From positions 1,167 through 60,374 of the forward strand of contig CAYQDC010000003.1 in the NCBI GenBank assembly GCA_964416205.1: 59,208 nucleotides of DNA, written 5' to 3'. Both the position numbers and the translations under genes were made by a program. Position 1 is the stretch's first letter, and each line of letters starts with the position of its first letter. A model generated the notes under the pieces. The model made no database searches, was not told the DNA's origin, and was given only the letters and a program-made list of their open reading frames with translations. The stretch is from an uncultured Acetobacter sp. (GTDB taxonomy: Bacteria > Pseudomonadota > Alphaproteobacteria > RF32 > CAG-239). Below, one piece after another: positions 47,904 through 58,619 of the stretch.

Positions 47904-48836
47904 TTAGGCTGATTTACCCAGTTGAGCAGCAACCTCAGCAGCAAAATCCTCTTCTTTTTTCTGCAGCCCTTCGCCCAGCTTGAAGCAGACGAAACCGCCT
48001 AATTTAACTTCGGCGTTGTTTTCTTTAGCAAATTCAGCCATAATATCTTTAACCTTCTTATCTGGATCCATAATATAAGCCTGTTCTTCCAAAACAACTT
48101 CTTCATAGTACTTACGGATGCGACCTTCTACCATCTTTTCAACAATATTGGCAGGCTTTCCAGATGCCAGAGCCTGTTCGCTAAAGATAGACTTTTCATG
48201 CTCAACGGATGAAGCCGGAACATCAGCAATCGTCATGGCAATTGGGTTAGCTGCCGCAATGTGCATGGCAATGTGTTTACCAAATTCCTGCATTTTGGCT
48301 TTATCGGTATTGCCTTCCACGGCTACCAAAACGCCTATTTTTCCCAGAGTGCTACGTACACTGTTATGAACATAGGAACAGATGATACCATTATTCGCAT
48401 TCAAATAAGCTGAACGACGCAAATTCATGTTTTCGCAGATTTTAGCAATCATATCGGTTAAAATCGTTCCCATGTCTTTACCTGTTTCCAGGCATACAAA
48501 AGATTTCAATGCTTCTATATCACCCTTAACAGCCAAAGCGGCTTTGGCGGCATTTTCAACATAATTTTGGAAGATTTCATTCTTTGCAACGAAGTCTGTT
48601 TCTGAATTAACCTCCACAACAGCACCGGCATTGCCTTCAACATAAACAGAAACCAGCCCCTCTGCCGCAATACGACCGGCCTTTTTGGCGGCAGAAGCCA
48701 AACCTTTTTTGCGAAGCCAATCTATCGCTTCTTCCATATTGCCATTTGTTTCAACCAGAGCCTTTTTACAGTCCAACATACCGGCGCCGGAGGTTTCCCT
48801 TAAACTTTTTACCATATTTGCGGTAATTTCAGCCAT
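47904..48836 (-). CDS. tsf: Elongation factor Ts
   Basis: ITANMVKSLRETSGAGMLDCKKAL UBA-like N-terminus. 310 aa. Lies downstream of rpsB. Confidence 0.96.
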   Translation of the reverse strand: MAEITANMVKSLRETSGAGMLDCKKALVETNGNMEEAIDWLRKKGLASAAKKAGRIAAEGLVSVYVEGNAGAVVEVNSETDFVAKNEIFQNYVENAAKAALAVKGDIEALKSFVCLETGKDMGTILTDMIAKICENMNLRRSAYLNANNGIICSYVHNSVRSTLGKIGVLVAVEGNTDKAKMQEFGKHIAMHIAAANPIAMTIADVPASSVEHEKSIFSEQALASGKPANIVEKMVEGRIRKYYEEVVLEEQAYIMDPDKKVKDIMAEFAKENNAEVKLGGFVCFKLGEGLQKKEEDFAAEVAAQLGKSA

Positions 48837-48868
48837 TACTATTCCCCTTGTCTGATATTCTAAATAAC

Positions 48869-48899
48869 AAAAAAACCGGCGTGGCAGCGCCAGGCTGCC
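48869..48899 (-). terminator. Hairpin plus U-run between rpsB and tsf (partial terminator/attenuator)
   Basis: Minus strand: GGCAGC-CTGGC-GCTGCC, then ACGCCGG and T7. Confidence 0.4.
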
Positions 48900-48927
48900 T
48901 CCCTTTTTGCTGAAACGCTCTTTTTAC

Positions 48928-49707
48928 TTAAGCGTTTTCCACTTCTTTATTTTCGGCAAATGCTTCGTTTGCCACAACATTAACCGCTTCGTCAACCTTG
49001 ACACCCTGAGCAGCAACTTCTGCCTGCATACCATCCAGAATAGCTGATGATATTAACTCACAATACAGCTGGATGGCACGAATCGCATCATCATTGCCCG
49101 GAACGGGATAATCTACATCATTTGGATTGGCATTTGTATCCGTAATACCGATTACGGGAATACCAAGCTTTTTGGCTTCTTTAATCGCCAAAGCCTCTTT
49201 TGGAGTATCAATCACAAACAGTAAGTCCGGCTGACCACCCATGTTTTTAATACCGTCCAGAGAAAGAGCTAGTTTGTGCTGTTCTTTCTTAATGTTCTGC
49301 ATTTCTTTTTTGGTATAGCCGTCATAGGCATTCTTTTCTTCCATTTCGTTTAATTTGACGAGACGGTTGATTGATTTGTTAACAGTTTTCCAGTTGGTCA
49401 GCATGCCACCCAGCCAGCGATAGTTAACATAATACTGTCCACATCTCTCTGCGCTTTCCTTAACAATATCTTGCGCTTGACGTTTGGTGGCAACAAACAA
49501 AACTTTGCCGCCCTTGGCCGCTACGTCACGAGCCACGGCCAACGCCGTATAGAGCATCGGATAGGTTTTCTGCAAATCAATGATGTGAACATTATCTTTT
49601 TTTCCGTATATATACGGAGCCATTTGCGGATTCCAACGACGAGCGTGGTGTCCGAAATGCACGCCGGCCTCAACAAGCTGGCGCAATGTAAAAGTAGGAA
49701 GTGTCAT
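48928..49707 (-). CDS. rpsB: 30S ribosomal protein S2
   Basis: LRQLVEAGVHFGHHARRWNPQMAPYIYG. Confidence 0.97.
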   Translation of the reverse strand: MTLPTFTLRQLVEAGVHFGHHARRWNPQMAPYIYGKKDNVHIIDLQKTYPMLYTALAVARDVAAKGGKVLFVATKRQAQDIVKESAERCGQYYVNYRWLGGMLTNWKTVNKSINRLVKLNEMEEKNAYDGYTKKEMQNIKKEQHKLALSLDGIKNMGGQPDLLFVIDTPKEALAIKEAKKLGIPVIGITDTNANPNDVDYPVPGNDDAIRAIQLYCELISSAILDGMQAEVAAQGVKVDEAVNVVANEAFAENKEVENA

Positions 49708-49740
49708 ATTTTATTTTTCCTTATTTTCCGGTTAAACCTC

Positions 49741-49826
49741 CGCAGGACTTCGGCTTAATCGCTTAAGCACCGGAGCGTGAAGTATCTTATTACCTAAAGG
49801 TTCAAACATACCGACGCTTTCCTGCG
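49741..49826 (-). promoter_or_regulatory. Structured rpsB 5' leader (long-range helix CGCAGGA/TCCTGCG enclosing about 70 nt)
   Basis: Complementary 7-mers at 49741-49747 and 49820-49826, plus adjacent CCGA/TCGG-type pairs. They lie between a terminator-like hairpin (49835-49856) and the rpsB RBS. Confidence 0.35.
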
Positions 49827-50006
49827 TGTGAATTAAAAAACGGCGTGATTGCCGTTTCTGTAGATTTTATAATGTTAAAATATTTATTTTTCAAGTTTTT
49901 TTTATGTTTTTGATGAAAAAATTTTTTAGATGCAGTATCTGGCTGTACGAAAAAAGGAAAAATCTTTTCATCTTCTAAAAGACGAAAAGATTTTTCCTTG
50001 CAACCT

Positions 50007-50702
50007 TCAATGATAGGAATCGATATATTCCCTCACCGTTTTTTCTGGTAGCCCGTGCAACATTGCCAATGACAATATTTGCCTCAATTCGCGGTGGCGC
50101 GGGTGTTCTAAATCGGCGCCTGATGATGCAAGGTACAGCAGTGCATCGGCAATTTGCACAGCAAACAGCATGTCTTTACAGCCAAGCAAAGCATCCAGCT
50201 TTTCTGGACGGATAGAAAACAACGCATCAATCGTTTCCGGATCCTGCGACATTTTCAGTACATCCAAGGATTTTTCAACCGATAAACGGCGCCGACCGTA
50301 ATAAGGAGAAACTTCCAATAAAATTTCTACCAAGCGTGGCAAATGGTCTAAAATCAAAAGTTTTTCCCCTTTGTCTAACCAAAGAACTCTCTCTTCTGGC
50401 AAAGGGAGTTTTTCTCCGTCAGCCATACATTTAAACAAAAGGACAACTCTTTCTTCATCTCGGCTCTTGTGTTGCCCAAAAATCTTGATTTCATCACTTA
50501 CTTTACCTCCAACAATGTCTTCAGCGTAGTAATAGGTTACTGTATCGCCTTTTTGTAAGCGACTCGTCATCTCCGTTTGCGGTAATTTGAATACTTCCAC
50601 CCTGCCATAGCAATGGTCATTTAACAACTCCACATCAAAAACGCGGAAATTTTCTGCGGCACCAATCTTATTGATGCGGGCAGTCAATGGTCCTTTTGAC
50701 AT
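50007..50702 (-). CDS. Hypothetical protein (beta-rich N-domain plus helical C-domain)
   Basis: Clean 231-aa ORF divergent from parE. No family recognised. RecO was considered but is not supported. Confidence 0.6.
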   Translation of the reverse strand: MSKGPLTARINKIGAAENFRVFDVELLNDHCYGRVEVFKLPQTEMTSRLQKGDTVTYYYAEDIVGGKVSDEIKIFGQHKSRDEERVVLLFKCMADGEKLPLPEERVLWLDKGEKLLILDHLPRLVEILLEVSPYYGRRRLSVEKSLDVLKMSQDPETIDALFSIRPEKLDALLGCKDMLFAVQIADALLYLASSGADLEHPRHRELRQILSLAMLHGLPEKTVREYIDSYH

Positions 50703-50916
50703 AATATCTTAAAAATTAAAGTACGGTTCGTTTCTAACATGTTTTTTGACAGAACGCAAGTCTTTTGTTTAACCACGCAAGATTTCTGTCATCGGAAAAG
50801 TTTTTCTGTTTAATATTCAGAAAAATTTCTTGTGTTTATCCTTTTAACTTTGTATATTTTGAGGAAAATTTATAAAAAATAATGGTCAGTAAACGACCTG
50901 AATATCAGGGTAAAAT

Positions 50917-52905
50917 ATGAGCGATTTGTTTGAAAATTCAGCAACTGCAGTCAAGGGTGAATATTCGGCGCAGGATATTGAAGTGTTGGAAGGCCTGGAT
51001 CCGGTCAGGCATCGTCCGGGCATGTATATCGGTGGCACGGACGAACAGGCTTTGCATCATCTAGTAGCGGAAATCTTGGATAACTCCATGGATGAAGCTG
51101 TGGCTGGTTATGCTACAAAAATAGACATTTCGGTTAATTCTGATTTATCGGTTACTATCACCGACAACGGGCGTGGAATTCCTGTCGACGAACATCCTAA
51201 ATATCCGGGCAAGTCGGCTCTTGAGGTTATTTTTACAACATTGCACTCAGGCGGAAAGTTCGGGGGGCATGCCTATAAGGTTTCCGGCGGTTTACATGGG
51301 GTTGGCTCTTCAGTGGTCAATGCCTTGTCCCAAAAGCTGATAGTTGAAGTTGCACGTGATAAAAAGCTATATCGGCAGGAATATTCCTGCGGACGGCCGC
51401 TTACCCCTTTGGTTCTGGTCGGTAATGCTCCGAACCGTCGTGGCACAAGCATTACTTTTTTGCCTGATGAGGAAATTTTTGGCAGTGATAACAAATTTGT
51501 TCCCGCAAAAATATACCGAATGGCTCGTTCCAAGGCTTTTTTGTTTAAAGGAATCCGAATTTTCTGGACGTGTGCCCCCGAGCTTTTGAACGAAGCTGAT
51601 GGTATTCCGACAGAAACGGAATTTAATTTTCCCCATGGATTGCTGGATTTTTTAAATTATCAAATCGGCGCAAGAACGACCATTAATCGTACGCCTTTTT
51701 CTGGTGAAGCTGAATTGGCCGGCGATGAAGGTAAAGTCGAATGGGCTGTTACATGGCCCGAAGATGAGAAAGGGTTTTGCAATTCATATTGTAACACAGT
51801 TATCACCCCACAGGGCGGCACTCACGAACAGGGTTTCCGCACGGCTCTTATTAAAGGGCTTAAAGAATATGCTGATATGGCTAATATCAAAAAGGCAGCC
51901 AATGTGACGGCCGATGATTTTTTGAGTGATGCGGCGGTTATGCTTTCTGTTTTTATTCGCGATCCACAATTTCAAGGGCAAACCAAAGATAAGCTGACTT
52001 CCAGCAAAGCGGTGAATCTGGTGGAGAAAGCGATCAAAGATTCTTTTGATCACTGGCTTTCGTCGGATAAGGAAAATGCAGGAGCGTTGATTGACTATGT
52101 AGTTGAACGGGCAGAGCTGCGTAAAAAAAGAAAAGAAGAAAAGGTGCAAAACCGTAAATCGCCGACAAAAAAGTTGCGCCTGCCCGGTAAACTGGCCGAT
52201 TGTTCCAAAGCAGCAGCAGAAGATACTGAAATCTTTATTGTTGAAGGCGACTCCGCAGGCGGTTCGGCTAAACAGGGACGCGACCGGATGACGCAAGCGA
52301 TCCTGCCTTTGCGCGGAAAAATTCTTAATGTAGCGAGCGCAAGCCTGGATAAGATTACGCAAAATCAGGAAATTAAAGATATGATTGAAGCGCTTGGCTG
52401 TGGCACTAAAGACAATTATAAAGACGAAAATCTACGCTATGAAAAAATCATCATCATGACTGATGCTGATGTGGATGGTGCACATATCACATCACTGTTG
52501 ATGACTTTCTTTTACCAATATATGCCGAAATTAATAGAAAATGGGCATTTGTTTATCGCGACTCCGCCACTGTATAAAATCGTTTTCGGTGGAAAAAACT
52601 ATTATGCGCTTGACGATGAAGAAAAAGATAAAATTCTCAGTAAAGCCAAATCTAACCAAAAACCAGACATCAGCCGTTTCAAAGGTTTGGGCGAGATGAG
52701 CGCACAACAGTTGAAAGAAACAACAATGGATAAAAATAATCGTGTCTTGTTGCGTGTGGTAGTGCCCTCCCCCAACACTGAAGAAGGACGCGACGAGGCT
52801 TTTGAAACGCGGCGTCAGGTTGAACGTCTAATGGGTAAGGATCCAGAGCAGAGATTTAAATTTATTATTGAACGAGCCAAATTTGCCGAAGATTTGGATA
52901 TTTAA
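50917..52905 (+). CDS. parE: DNA topoisomerase IV subunit B
   Basis: LEGLDPVRHRPGMYIGGTD, GLHGVG, EGDSAGGSAKQGRDR, PLRGKILNV, DADVDGAHI. Its 662 aa lack the proteobacterial GyrB insertion. Confidence 0.85.
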   Translation: MSDLFENSATAVKGEYSAQDIEVLEGLDPVRHRPGMYIGGTDEQALHHLVAEILDNSMDEAVAGYATKIDISVNSDLSVTITDNGRGIPVDEHPKYPGKSALEVIFTTLHSGGKFGGHAYKVSGGLHGVGSSVVNALSQKLIVEVARDKKLYRQEYSCGRPLTPLVLVGNAPNRRGTSITFLPDEEIFGSDNKFVPAKIYRMARSKAFLFKGIRIFWTCAPELLNEADGIPTETEFNFPHGLLDFLNYQIGARTTINRTPFSGEAELAGDEGKVEWAVTWPEDEKGFCNSYCNTVITPQGGTHEQGFRTALIKGLKEYADMANIKKAANVTADDFLSDAAVMLSVFIRDPQFQGQTKDKLTSSKAVNLVEKAIKDSFDHWLSSDKENAGALIDYVVERAELRKKRKEEKVQNRKSPTKKLRLPGKLADCSKAAAEDTEIFIVEGDSAGGSAKQGRDRMTQAILPLRGKILNVASASLDKITQNQEIKDMIEALGCGTKDNYKDENLRYEKIIIMTDADVDGAHITSLLMTFFYQYMPKLIENGHLFIATPPLYKIVFGGKNYYALDDEEKDKILSKAKSNQKPDISRFKGLGEMSAQQLKETTMDKNNRVLLRVVVPSPNTEEGRDEAFETRRQVERLMGKDPEQRFKFIIERAKFAEDLDI

Positions 52906-53044
52906 CTGGCCGTACTTTTACCCTGTCGCTCTTTTATTTTTGTCTGCTATCTGCCTAAAGAGGCATTTATTACTATTTTAGACAAATATGACTAGAATAT
53001 CTTTTTTTAATTTGTTATTATATTTGCAAATTTATTTTTTATCC

Positions 53045-54556
53045 CTAGTCATAAGCACGGTAAAAACGCTTCTTATAATCATATTCGCATTTTAATTTGC
53101 TATATTCTGGCTTTAAGATATAAAGCACATCTGAATTGTCAAAGCGCTTATAATATTTATTTATCAATTCCATATTCGGCCGGTGGACATATATATCAAC
53201 TCCGCGTTCGGAAGCGTATTTATCTCGATACGGGGCTGCAGAAATAATTTTCGGTCTATAAGTCATAATGACATTATTAATGTCCATCAACTGGCGGATA
53301 CCGACCTTGGCACCAATTACGTCCAGCTGACCTAATAAATTCCAGTAATAATGCGGATCGCGATTATATAAATTGTAAATCGTTCCGTCGCCGTTTAAAA
53401 CATAATCGCATGGTGTAACATAGTGCAAAATCTTCTTATTCAGTGGCTCATAAAAACGCCCTACCCTATTACCAATATTGCCATTATAAATAGCCGGTTT
53501 GTACATGCAAACTCCCAATGCTGCCACCAAAAGATAAGTAAAAATAAATTTTTTTCTGAATATTTTTTCTTCCAGAAAAACCGCACTCAGAATTGCCGCA
53601 ACATAAACCAGTAAATAAAAATAATAGGCAAATGCCGAAAAATATAGCAACCGCTGCAATAGTTCGACAAAAAATAATATAACAAAAATTTTAAAATAAA
53701 TTTCCGAATTACGCCAGCAACATATTGCCGCTAGCAAACTACCCAAAATTAAGAGTTTCAATTCCGGCCATAATATTCCGACCCTCCGGTCGGCAAATAA
53801 TTCTGGGATATGCAAATTAAACGTAAAATTTGAATGATACCAAACACCTAAGATGCCGTTTTGCCACAGATATACAGTAAACAGCAGACTCAGACATACT
53901 GGCAGAAGCAGAGCATATCCCATATCCAACCAGCGAATTTGGCGATGATATAATAAATACAGGGAAATTATACCCATCAGAGCCAATGTAAAAATGATTT
54001 TCTGCAGAAACATAAAAGATGCCCAAAACAGCAGCAGTGCTAAGCACAACTGCCAAAGCTTCTTTTGCTTTAAATAACAAAAATAATAGTATAATCCGGC
54101 AAAAAATGCCGTCATCATAAAGTTATCCGGACGAAAAGACGACAACGACACGACAATATACGGTGTCAAGGCCAATGATGTTGCAATCAGCCCGCCTCGT
54201 TTTCCGGTACAAAACTTTGAGGCTATGAGGTAGAGATAAAAATAGTTCACAAACGATATTAAAACCGATGCCGTTTCTGTTAATGAAGTGATAATGTTAT
54301 CATCAAGCCCGCGGGCGTGCCATCCGACAATCGGCGCAAATATATACCACAACAACGGATTATGATGTTGAAAAAAATCTTTATATGGGATAAAATCGGC
54401 AAAAACCAGCCATGATGAATGAATATGCTCCAGCGTATCGCCGCCAAGCGTGTCCGTACACCAGACGACATAAAGACAAAATGTCAACCCGACTACTAGA
54501 TGGGCACAAAAAAACCATATCGGAAATTTATGATATAAGGCTTTCAGATACGGCAT
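53045..54556 (-). CDS. Polytopic membrane protein, probable GT-C-fold (ArnT/PMT-like) glycosyltransferase
   Basis: About 11 hydrophobic helices, an early loop with DTLEH/DFIPYKDFFQHH, and a soluble C-terminal ~130 aa. Confidence 0.5.
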   Translation of the reverse strand: MPYLKALYHKFPIWFFCAHLVVGLTFCLYVVWCTDTLGGDTLEHIHSSWLVFADFIPYKDFFQHHNPLLWYIFAPIVGWHARGLDDNIITSLTETASVLISFVNYFYLYLIASKFCTGKRGGLIATSLALTPYIVVSLSSFRPDNFMMTAFFAGLYYYFCYLKQKKLWQLCLALLLFWASFMFLQKIIFTLALMGIISLYLLYHRQIRWLDMGYALLLPVCLSLLFTVYLWQNGILGVWYHSNFTFNLHIPELFADRRVGILWPELKLLILGSLLAAICCWRNSEIYFKIFVILFFVELLQRLLYFSAFAYYFYLLVYVAAILSAVFLEEKIFRKKFIFTYLLVAALGVCMYKPAIYNGNIGNRVGRFYEPLNKKILHYVTPCDYVLNGDGTIYNLYNRDPHYYWNLLGQLDVIGAKVGIRQLMDINNVIMTYRPKIISAAPYRDKYASERGVDIYVHRPNMELINKYYKRFDNSDVLYILKPEYSKLKCEYDYKKRFYRAYD

Positions 54557-54564
54557 TGTCCCTC

Positions 54565-55623
54565 CTATGGCATAAATACGGTCTGTTTAAACACGTTTTC
54601 CATAAAAAACAGTGAAATAAAACTTAAAACAAATGCGATAACAGGAGTAGCAATCCAACCGGAAACGACCTTTAATACAATGCTCCATTTTATACCTTTG
54701 CCGCCTTTAACCAGTCCGATACCTATAATCGCTCCGACGACCGCCTGAGTACTAGACACTGGTACTGCCGGTAGTGGCGGTAGATTTATTGACAGCAGAA
54801 AATGTTCCAATTTTTCCGATGAAAAGAGAAGCAATACCAAAGACTCCGACAATATGACTATCCACGCAACCATCGGCGAACAAGATAAAACATTTTTGCC
54901 TATGGTTTTAATAGCCTTTTGTGAATAAGTGAAAATACCGATACATGCCGCTACGGCACCCAGCAAAAACAAAACTTGTGTACCGTTTAACGTATATACA
55001 TTGCCTAATTTTAACGGACCGAAGATATTTGAATCAATAAAAACGCCAACGACGTTAGCCATGTTGTTGGCGCCGAGGGCAAATCCTCCCAAAGCTGTTG
55101 TTAAAATCATTCCTACACGCACTGCCATATCCTGCCATAAAACATGTACTTTACTGTGGTGGAGAATGCTTTTGATGCACAAGTACAATAAGACAGCCAG
55201 AGCTCCTGAAATTATCGGACAGCAAATCCATGATGCACATATAGAAGCCAGAGTATCTATATTCGTCGGTTTATTGTTATATACGTTCCAGCCGATAATA
55301 CCGCCGACAATAGCTTGTGAAATGGAAACACTAATACCCGATTTCAACATCATTAGTACGGCCAACGCTGAAGACAATGATACCGTAAAAGCTGCAGCTA
55401 GAGTATTAACACCGCCTAAATTATTCAATGTCTCTGCGGTGTTCTGCCCGCTGGCTACCGCGCCTAAAATTAAAAAAATACAAGCAATGGTAGCTGCATT
55501 ACGAAAACGCAACATTTTGGTTCCGACGGCTGTCCCGAATATATTAGAAGCATCGTTGGCGCCCAGTGACCATCCCAAAAATAAGCCACTGGAAAGGAAA
55601 AAAAGATATTCAAACATTATCAA
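54565..55623 (-). CDS. pit: Inorganic phosphate transporter, PiT family
   Basis: Duplicated GANDASNIFGTAVG / GANNMANVVG signature. Confidence 0.93.
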   Translation of the reverse strand: MIMFEYLFFLSSGLFLGWSLGANDASNIFGTAVGTKMLRFRNAATIACIFLILGAVASGQNTAETLNNLGGVNTLAAAFTVSLSSALAVLMMLKSGISVSISQAIVGGIIGWNVYNNKPTNIDTLASICASWICCPIISGALAVLLYLCIKSILHHSKVHVLWQDMAVRVGMILTTALGGFALGANNMANVVGVFIDSNIFGPLKLGNVYTLNGTQVLFLLGAVAACIGIFTYSQKAIKTIGKNVLSCSPMVAWIVILSESLVLLLFSSEKLEHFLLSINLPPLPAVPVSSTQAVVGAIIGIGLVKGGKGIKWSIVLKVVSGWIATPVIAFVLSFISLFFMENVFKQTVFMP

Positions 55624-56279
55624 ATTTCCCTTTTAATTGCAAAAATCAACAATGCGTCAATGCAGTCTTCAGCAAGATCGGCAATATCAGCCACTTCTTC
55701 CACAAAATTATTGATTTGCATTTTGTGGGCCAAATCCATATCTGCCTCAAATACCTGCCGGCGTAATTTGGCTGACGTTTTGTCGCTTTGATGTTCCAAA
55801 AGATAAACTTTTTGCGAATAATCGCGTAAGGTTACCAAATCGCGGAAAAAAGCTCGTGAGGCAATAGCCATGTTTTCGGCGCAATCTGTTACCTGAACGA
55901 TCAGTTCACGCAACAAACCATGATATATTTCAGGAATTTCCGGCTGTTCAATGTAAAATTTATGCGCCACTTCGTCAAACAGGTTAATGACTCGATCCAA
56001 ATTTTCCACTAACTTCAAAATATTGCCACGTAAATCCGGTATCAGGTTTTCTTCATACAATTTGCTTTCTATCTCACGGCGCAGCTTATCTGAATCGTGT
56101 TCAATTGTCTTTATTTTTTTACTGACATGGCAGTAGGTTTCACTGCAGTGCTCTTTCAAATAAATGTCTACAGCCTCTTTGAAAACCATTGTCATTTCTA
56201 TTATTTTATCGTGTAGATTGTCAATATTGTGTTCCAAATCGCGGGTGCGGGCAAACAGCGAAATCTTGACATTGAACAT
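55620..56279 (-). CDS. DUF47/TIGR00153-family PhoU-like phosphate transport regulator
   Basis: Helical 219-aa protein overlapping the pit start by 4 nt, the canonical partner arrangement. Confidence 0.85.
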   Translation of the reverse strand: MFNVKISLFARTRDLEHNIDNLHDKIIEMTMVFKEAVDIYLKEHCSETYCHVSKKIKTIEHDSDKLRREIESKLYEENLIPDLRGNILKLVENLDRVINLFDEVAHKFYIEQPEIPEIYHGLLRELIVQVTDCAENMAIASRAFFRDLVTLRDYSQKVYLLEHQSDKTSAKLRRQVFEADMDLAHKMQINNFVEEVADIADLAEDCIDALLIFAIKREI

Positions 56280-56448
56280 TTCTTATTTTCCTTTCCAAAT
56301 GCTATTCTTGGCAGATTATTATCCGGTTTTTACCGTACGTCAATCTTTTTCCCTTTTTTGTTAAATTGCCTGTCAACATAATTTATTTTGTGCTTGCAAT
56401 TATTTTTTTAATTTATTAGCTTCGAAGTGTTATATAACATTTTTAAGG

Positions 56449-57216
56449 ATGGGAAATATGCAAAAAGATAATATCATTACCATTTTAGTATCGGTTATTT
56501 GTAGCGTTGTTGTTTCGGTTGCTCTATGTACCAAGGTTTGTGGCGGTACAAATTCCGCCCCAGATACTGTGGCAACGACCGGCTCTGCGAATATTAACAA
56601 AGCTATTGAGAACTATCTTGTTGAAAATCCGACAAAGGTTCGCGAAGCTTTAGTATTGGCCGAACAAAAAGAGCAGGAAGCTGCTCAGAAGCGTATTGCT
56701 GAGCTTTATAAAGCTAATTGGAAAGAGTTGAGTAGCTATGAGGGTTCGCCGTTTATCGGACCGAAAGATGCCGATATTACCATTGTTGAATTCTTTGATT
56801 TTAACTGCGGTTATTGCAAACGTCTGGCTCCGGAATTGATGAAAGTCATTAAAAACAATCCGGAAATCAAGGTTGTCTTTAAACCGGTTACGTTCTTGGG
56901 TTCCATGCCGACAGCAAAGATGGCTCTGGCAGCAAATAAGCAAGGCAAATTCATTGAAGTTTATGAAGCTCTGCTTACTCATAATGGGCAGATTACAACG
57001 GCTGTTGTTGAAAAAGCCGTTAAAGATGCTGGCTTAGATGTTGAAAAAACAAAGAAGTTGGCTGAAAGTGATGAAATTGCTAAAGAGATTTCCACGATTG
57101 CCAGTTTGTCACAAAAAGTTGAAATACGTGGAGTTCCTACCCTGATTATTAATGGTGAGGCTCTGCCAGCGATTGATTCTGCTTCTATTCAAAATGCAAT
57201 TGACAAATTAAAGTAA
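56449..57216 (+). CDS. DsbA-family thiol:disulfide oxidoreductase (membrane-anchored), CGYC active site
   Basis: FFDFNCGYCKRLAPEL and VRGVPTLIING. The likely true start is 56458 (AAGGA 9 nt upstream). Confidence 0.9.
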   Translation: MGNMQKDNIITILVSVICSVVVSVALCTKVCGGTNSAPDTVATTGSANINKAIENYLVENPTKVREALVLAEQKEQEAAQKRIAELYKANWKELSSYEGSPFIGPKDADITIVEFFDFNCGYCKRLAPELMKVIKNNPEIKVVFKPVTFLGSMPTAKMALAANKQGKFIEVYEALLTHNGQITTAVVEKAVKDAGLDVEKTKKLAESDEIAKEISTIASLSQKVEIRGVPTLIINGEALPAIDSASIQNAIDKLK

Positions 57217-57238
57217 TTTGATTGTTGGTTTTGTTTTG

Positions 57239-57267
57239 GCCTGCCTTTGAAAAGGCAGGCTTTTTTT
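57239..57267 (+). terminator. Rho-independent terminator
   Basis: GCCTGCCTT-TGAA-AAGGCAGGC followed by T7. Confidence 0.9.
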
Positions 57268-57375
57268 ATTTAATTTCACGAAGATTTATTTTTAAATTGT
57301 GTATCCCTAAAAAAATCTTGCATAATTACTTTAATGCCTTAAGTTATTTTTAGTATTGTTTTGAGGAGTTTTTTA

Positions 57376-58335
57376 ATGATGAAAACAGTTCTTAAATATC
57401 TATCCGTGCTGGTGTTAGCGGCTCTGGGTGCTGGTGTTGTATTGTATGTGGACGAACATTGTCCGGAAAAACAGTTGGCAAAGCAAGCTCAGCTTGAAAA
57501 ATCTATTGCCTTATATATAAATAATCATCCGCATGTTATTTTGGAGGCTATATCAAAAAGCGATAATTTTGGTACAGTCGTACGCAGTTTTTCTGCCACC
57601 GGCGATGGAGAGATGAATGAAAAACTCAAATACTTTCTGGAAAATAATTCTTATCTTTTAGAAAGCTTTATCAGTAATAATGCTTCAACAGTTATTAAAA
57701 TGTTGGCTGATACCGATGATTTCAAACAGGCTGTAGCAACTGCGGCATTGACAGTGGAAAGCATCAAGGAAGCATCTCCTGCTAAGGAAGAGACCGCGGC
57801 ACAGGATAATCCCAACCAAAAATTTATTGACCATTGGGAGGAAATGAGTAACGGAAATATAGCACCGTATGTCGGTCCCCAAGATGCAAAGGTGTCTGTG
57901 GTGGAGTTTTTTGATTTTGCCTGCGGGCATTGTAAGGCTCTGGCACCGATTATGAGTCGCCTAAGGAAGGATAATCCTGATGTCAAGTTTGTCTTTCATC
58001 CGCTTTATTTTATGAGTGAACACTCTCCGTATGCAGCAAAAGTTTCGCTGGTTGCTTTTGAAAAAGGCAAGTTTGCAGAAGTTTTTGACGGTATGATGAC
58101 TTTACCGGAACTTAATGAAGAGGCTGTTAATCAGATTTTGGTAGATGAAGGACTCAATGCTGATGAAATCAAAAAAATGTCCGAAGAAAAGAAAATCCGC
58201 AGAGGTCTTCAGGAAATAGATTCCTTATCACAGGTTCTTGGTATTAACGGTGTACCGATGCTATTGATTAACGGCGAGCCTTTTTACGGACGAAGCTATG
58301 AAGACTTACAAAATAAGCTCAATAGCTTAAAGTAA
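57376..58335 (+). CDS. Second DsbA-family oxidoreductase (membrane-anchored), CGHC active site
   Basis: FFDFACGHCKALAPIM and INGVPMLLING. ATG 57376 preceded by GAGGAG. Confidence 0.9.
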   Translation: MMKTVLKYLSVLVLAALGAGVVLYVDEHCPEKQLAKQAQLEKSIALYINNHPHVILEAISKSDNFGTVVRSFSATGDGEMNEKLKYFLENNSYLLESFISNNASTVIKMLADTDDFKQAVATAALTVESIKEASPAKEETAAQDNPNQKFIDHWEEMSNGNIAPYVGPQDAKVSVVEFFDFACGHCKALAPIMSRLRKDNPDVKFVFHPLYFMSEHSPYAAKVSLVAFEKGKFAEVFDGMMTLPELNEEAVNQILVDEGLNADEIKKMSEEKKIRRGLQEIDSLSQVLGINGVPMLLINGEPFYGRSYEDLQNKLNSLK

Positions 58336-58619
58336 CTATTCGCAAAAAAAGAAAAAACTCTGTAATCAGAGGCTTTTTCTTTTTTTTTACAAATGGTAGC
58401 CTTATTTTAGTATACAACAAACCGTCTTGAAAACGGATATTGATGATATGCATTTTTAATTGCTTTTTCAATATATTTTGTTTCCAGATTAAGACGAAAA
58501 ATACTCCATACATCGAAACACCATATTAATCTCAACAATGTTTCTGCTGATACAAAGAATAAAACTCTCCGTCTGATAAAAAGCATTTGCATTCAGAACT
58601 AATATTTCATACATGTTCT

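Noticed and set aside
50007-50702. RecO assignment for the 231-aa hypothetical protein
   Set aside because: The size and the beta-then-helical layout suggested RecO. The characteristic N-terminal pattern and the CxxC zinc finger are missing, so it was left as hypothetical.
54929-55636. 235-aa plus-strand ORF antisense to the pit gene. Similar shadow ORFs are 51784-52362, 9156-9647, 25085-25573, 10089-10517, 36459-36893, 37123-37572, 30680-31087, and 4673-5422.
   Set aside because: All lie fully inside, and antisense or out of frame to, strongly supported conserved genes. Their composition (Ser/Arg/Cys/Phe-rich) is typical of shadow frames.
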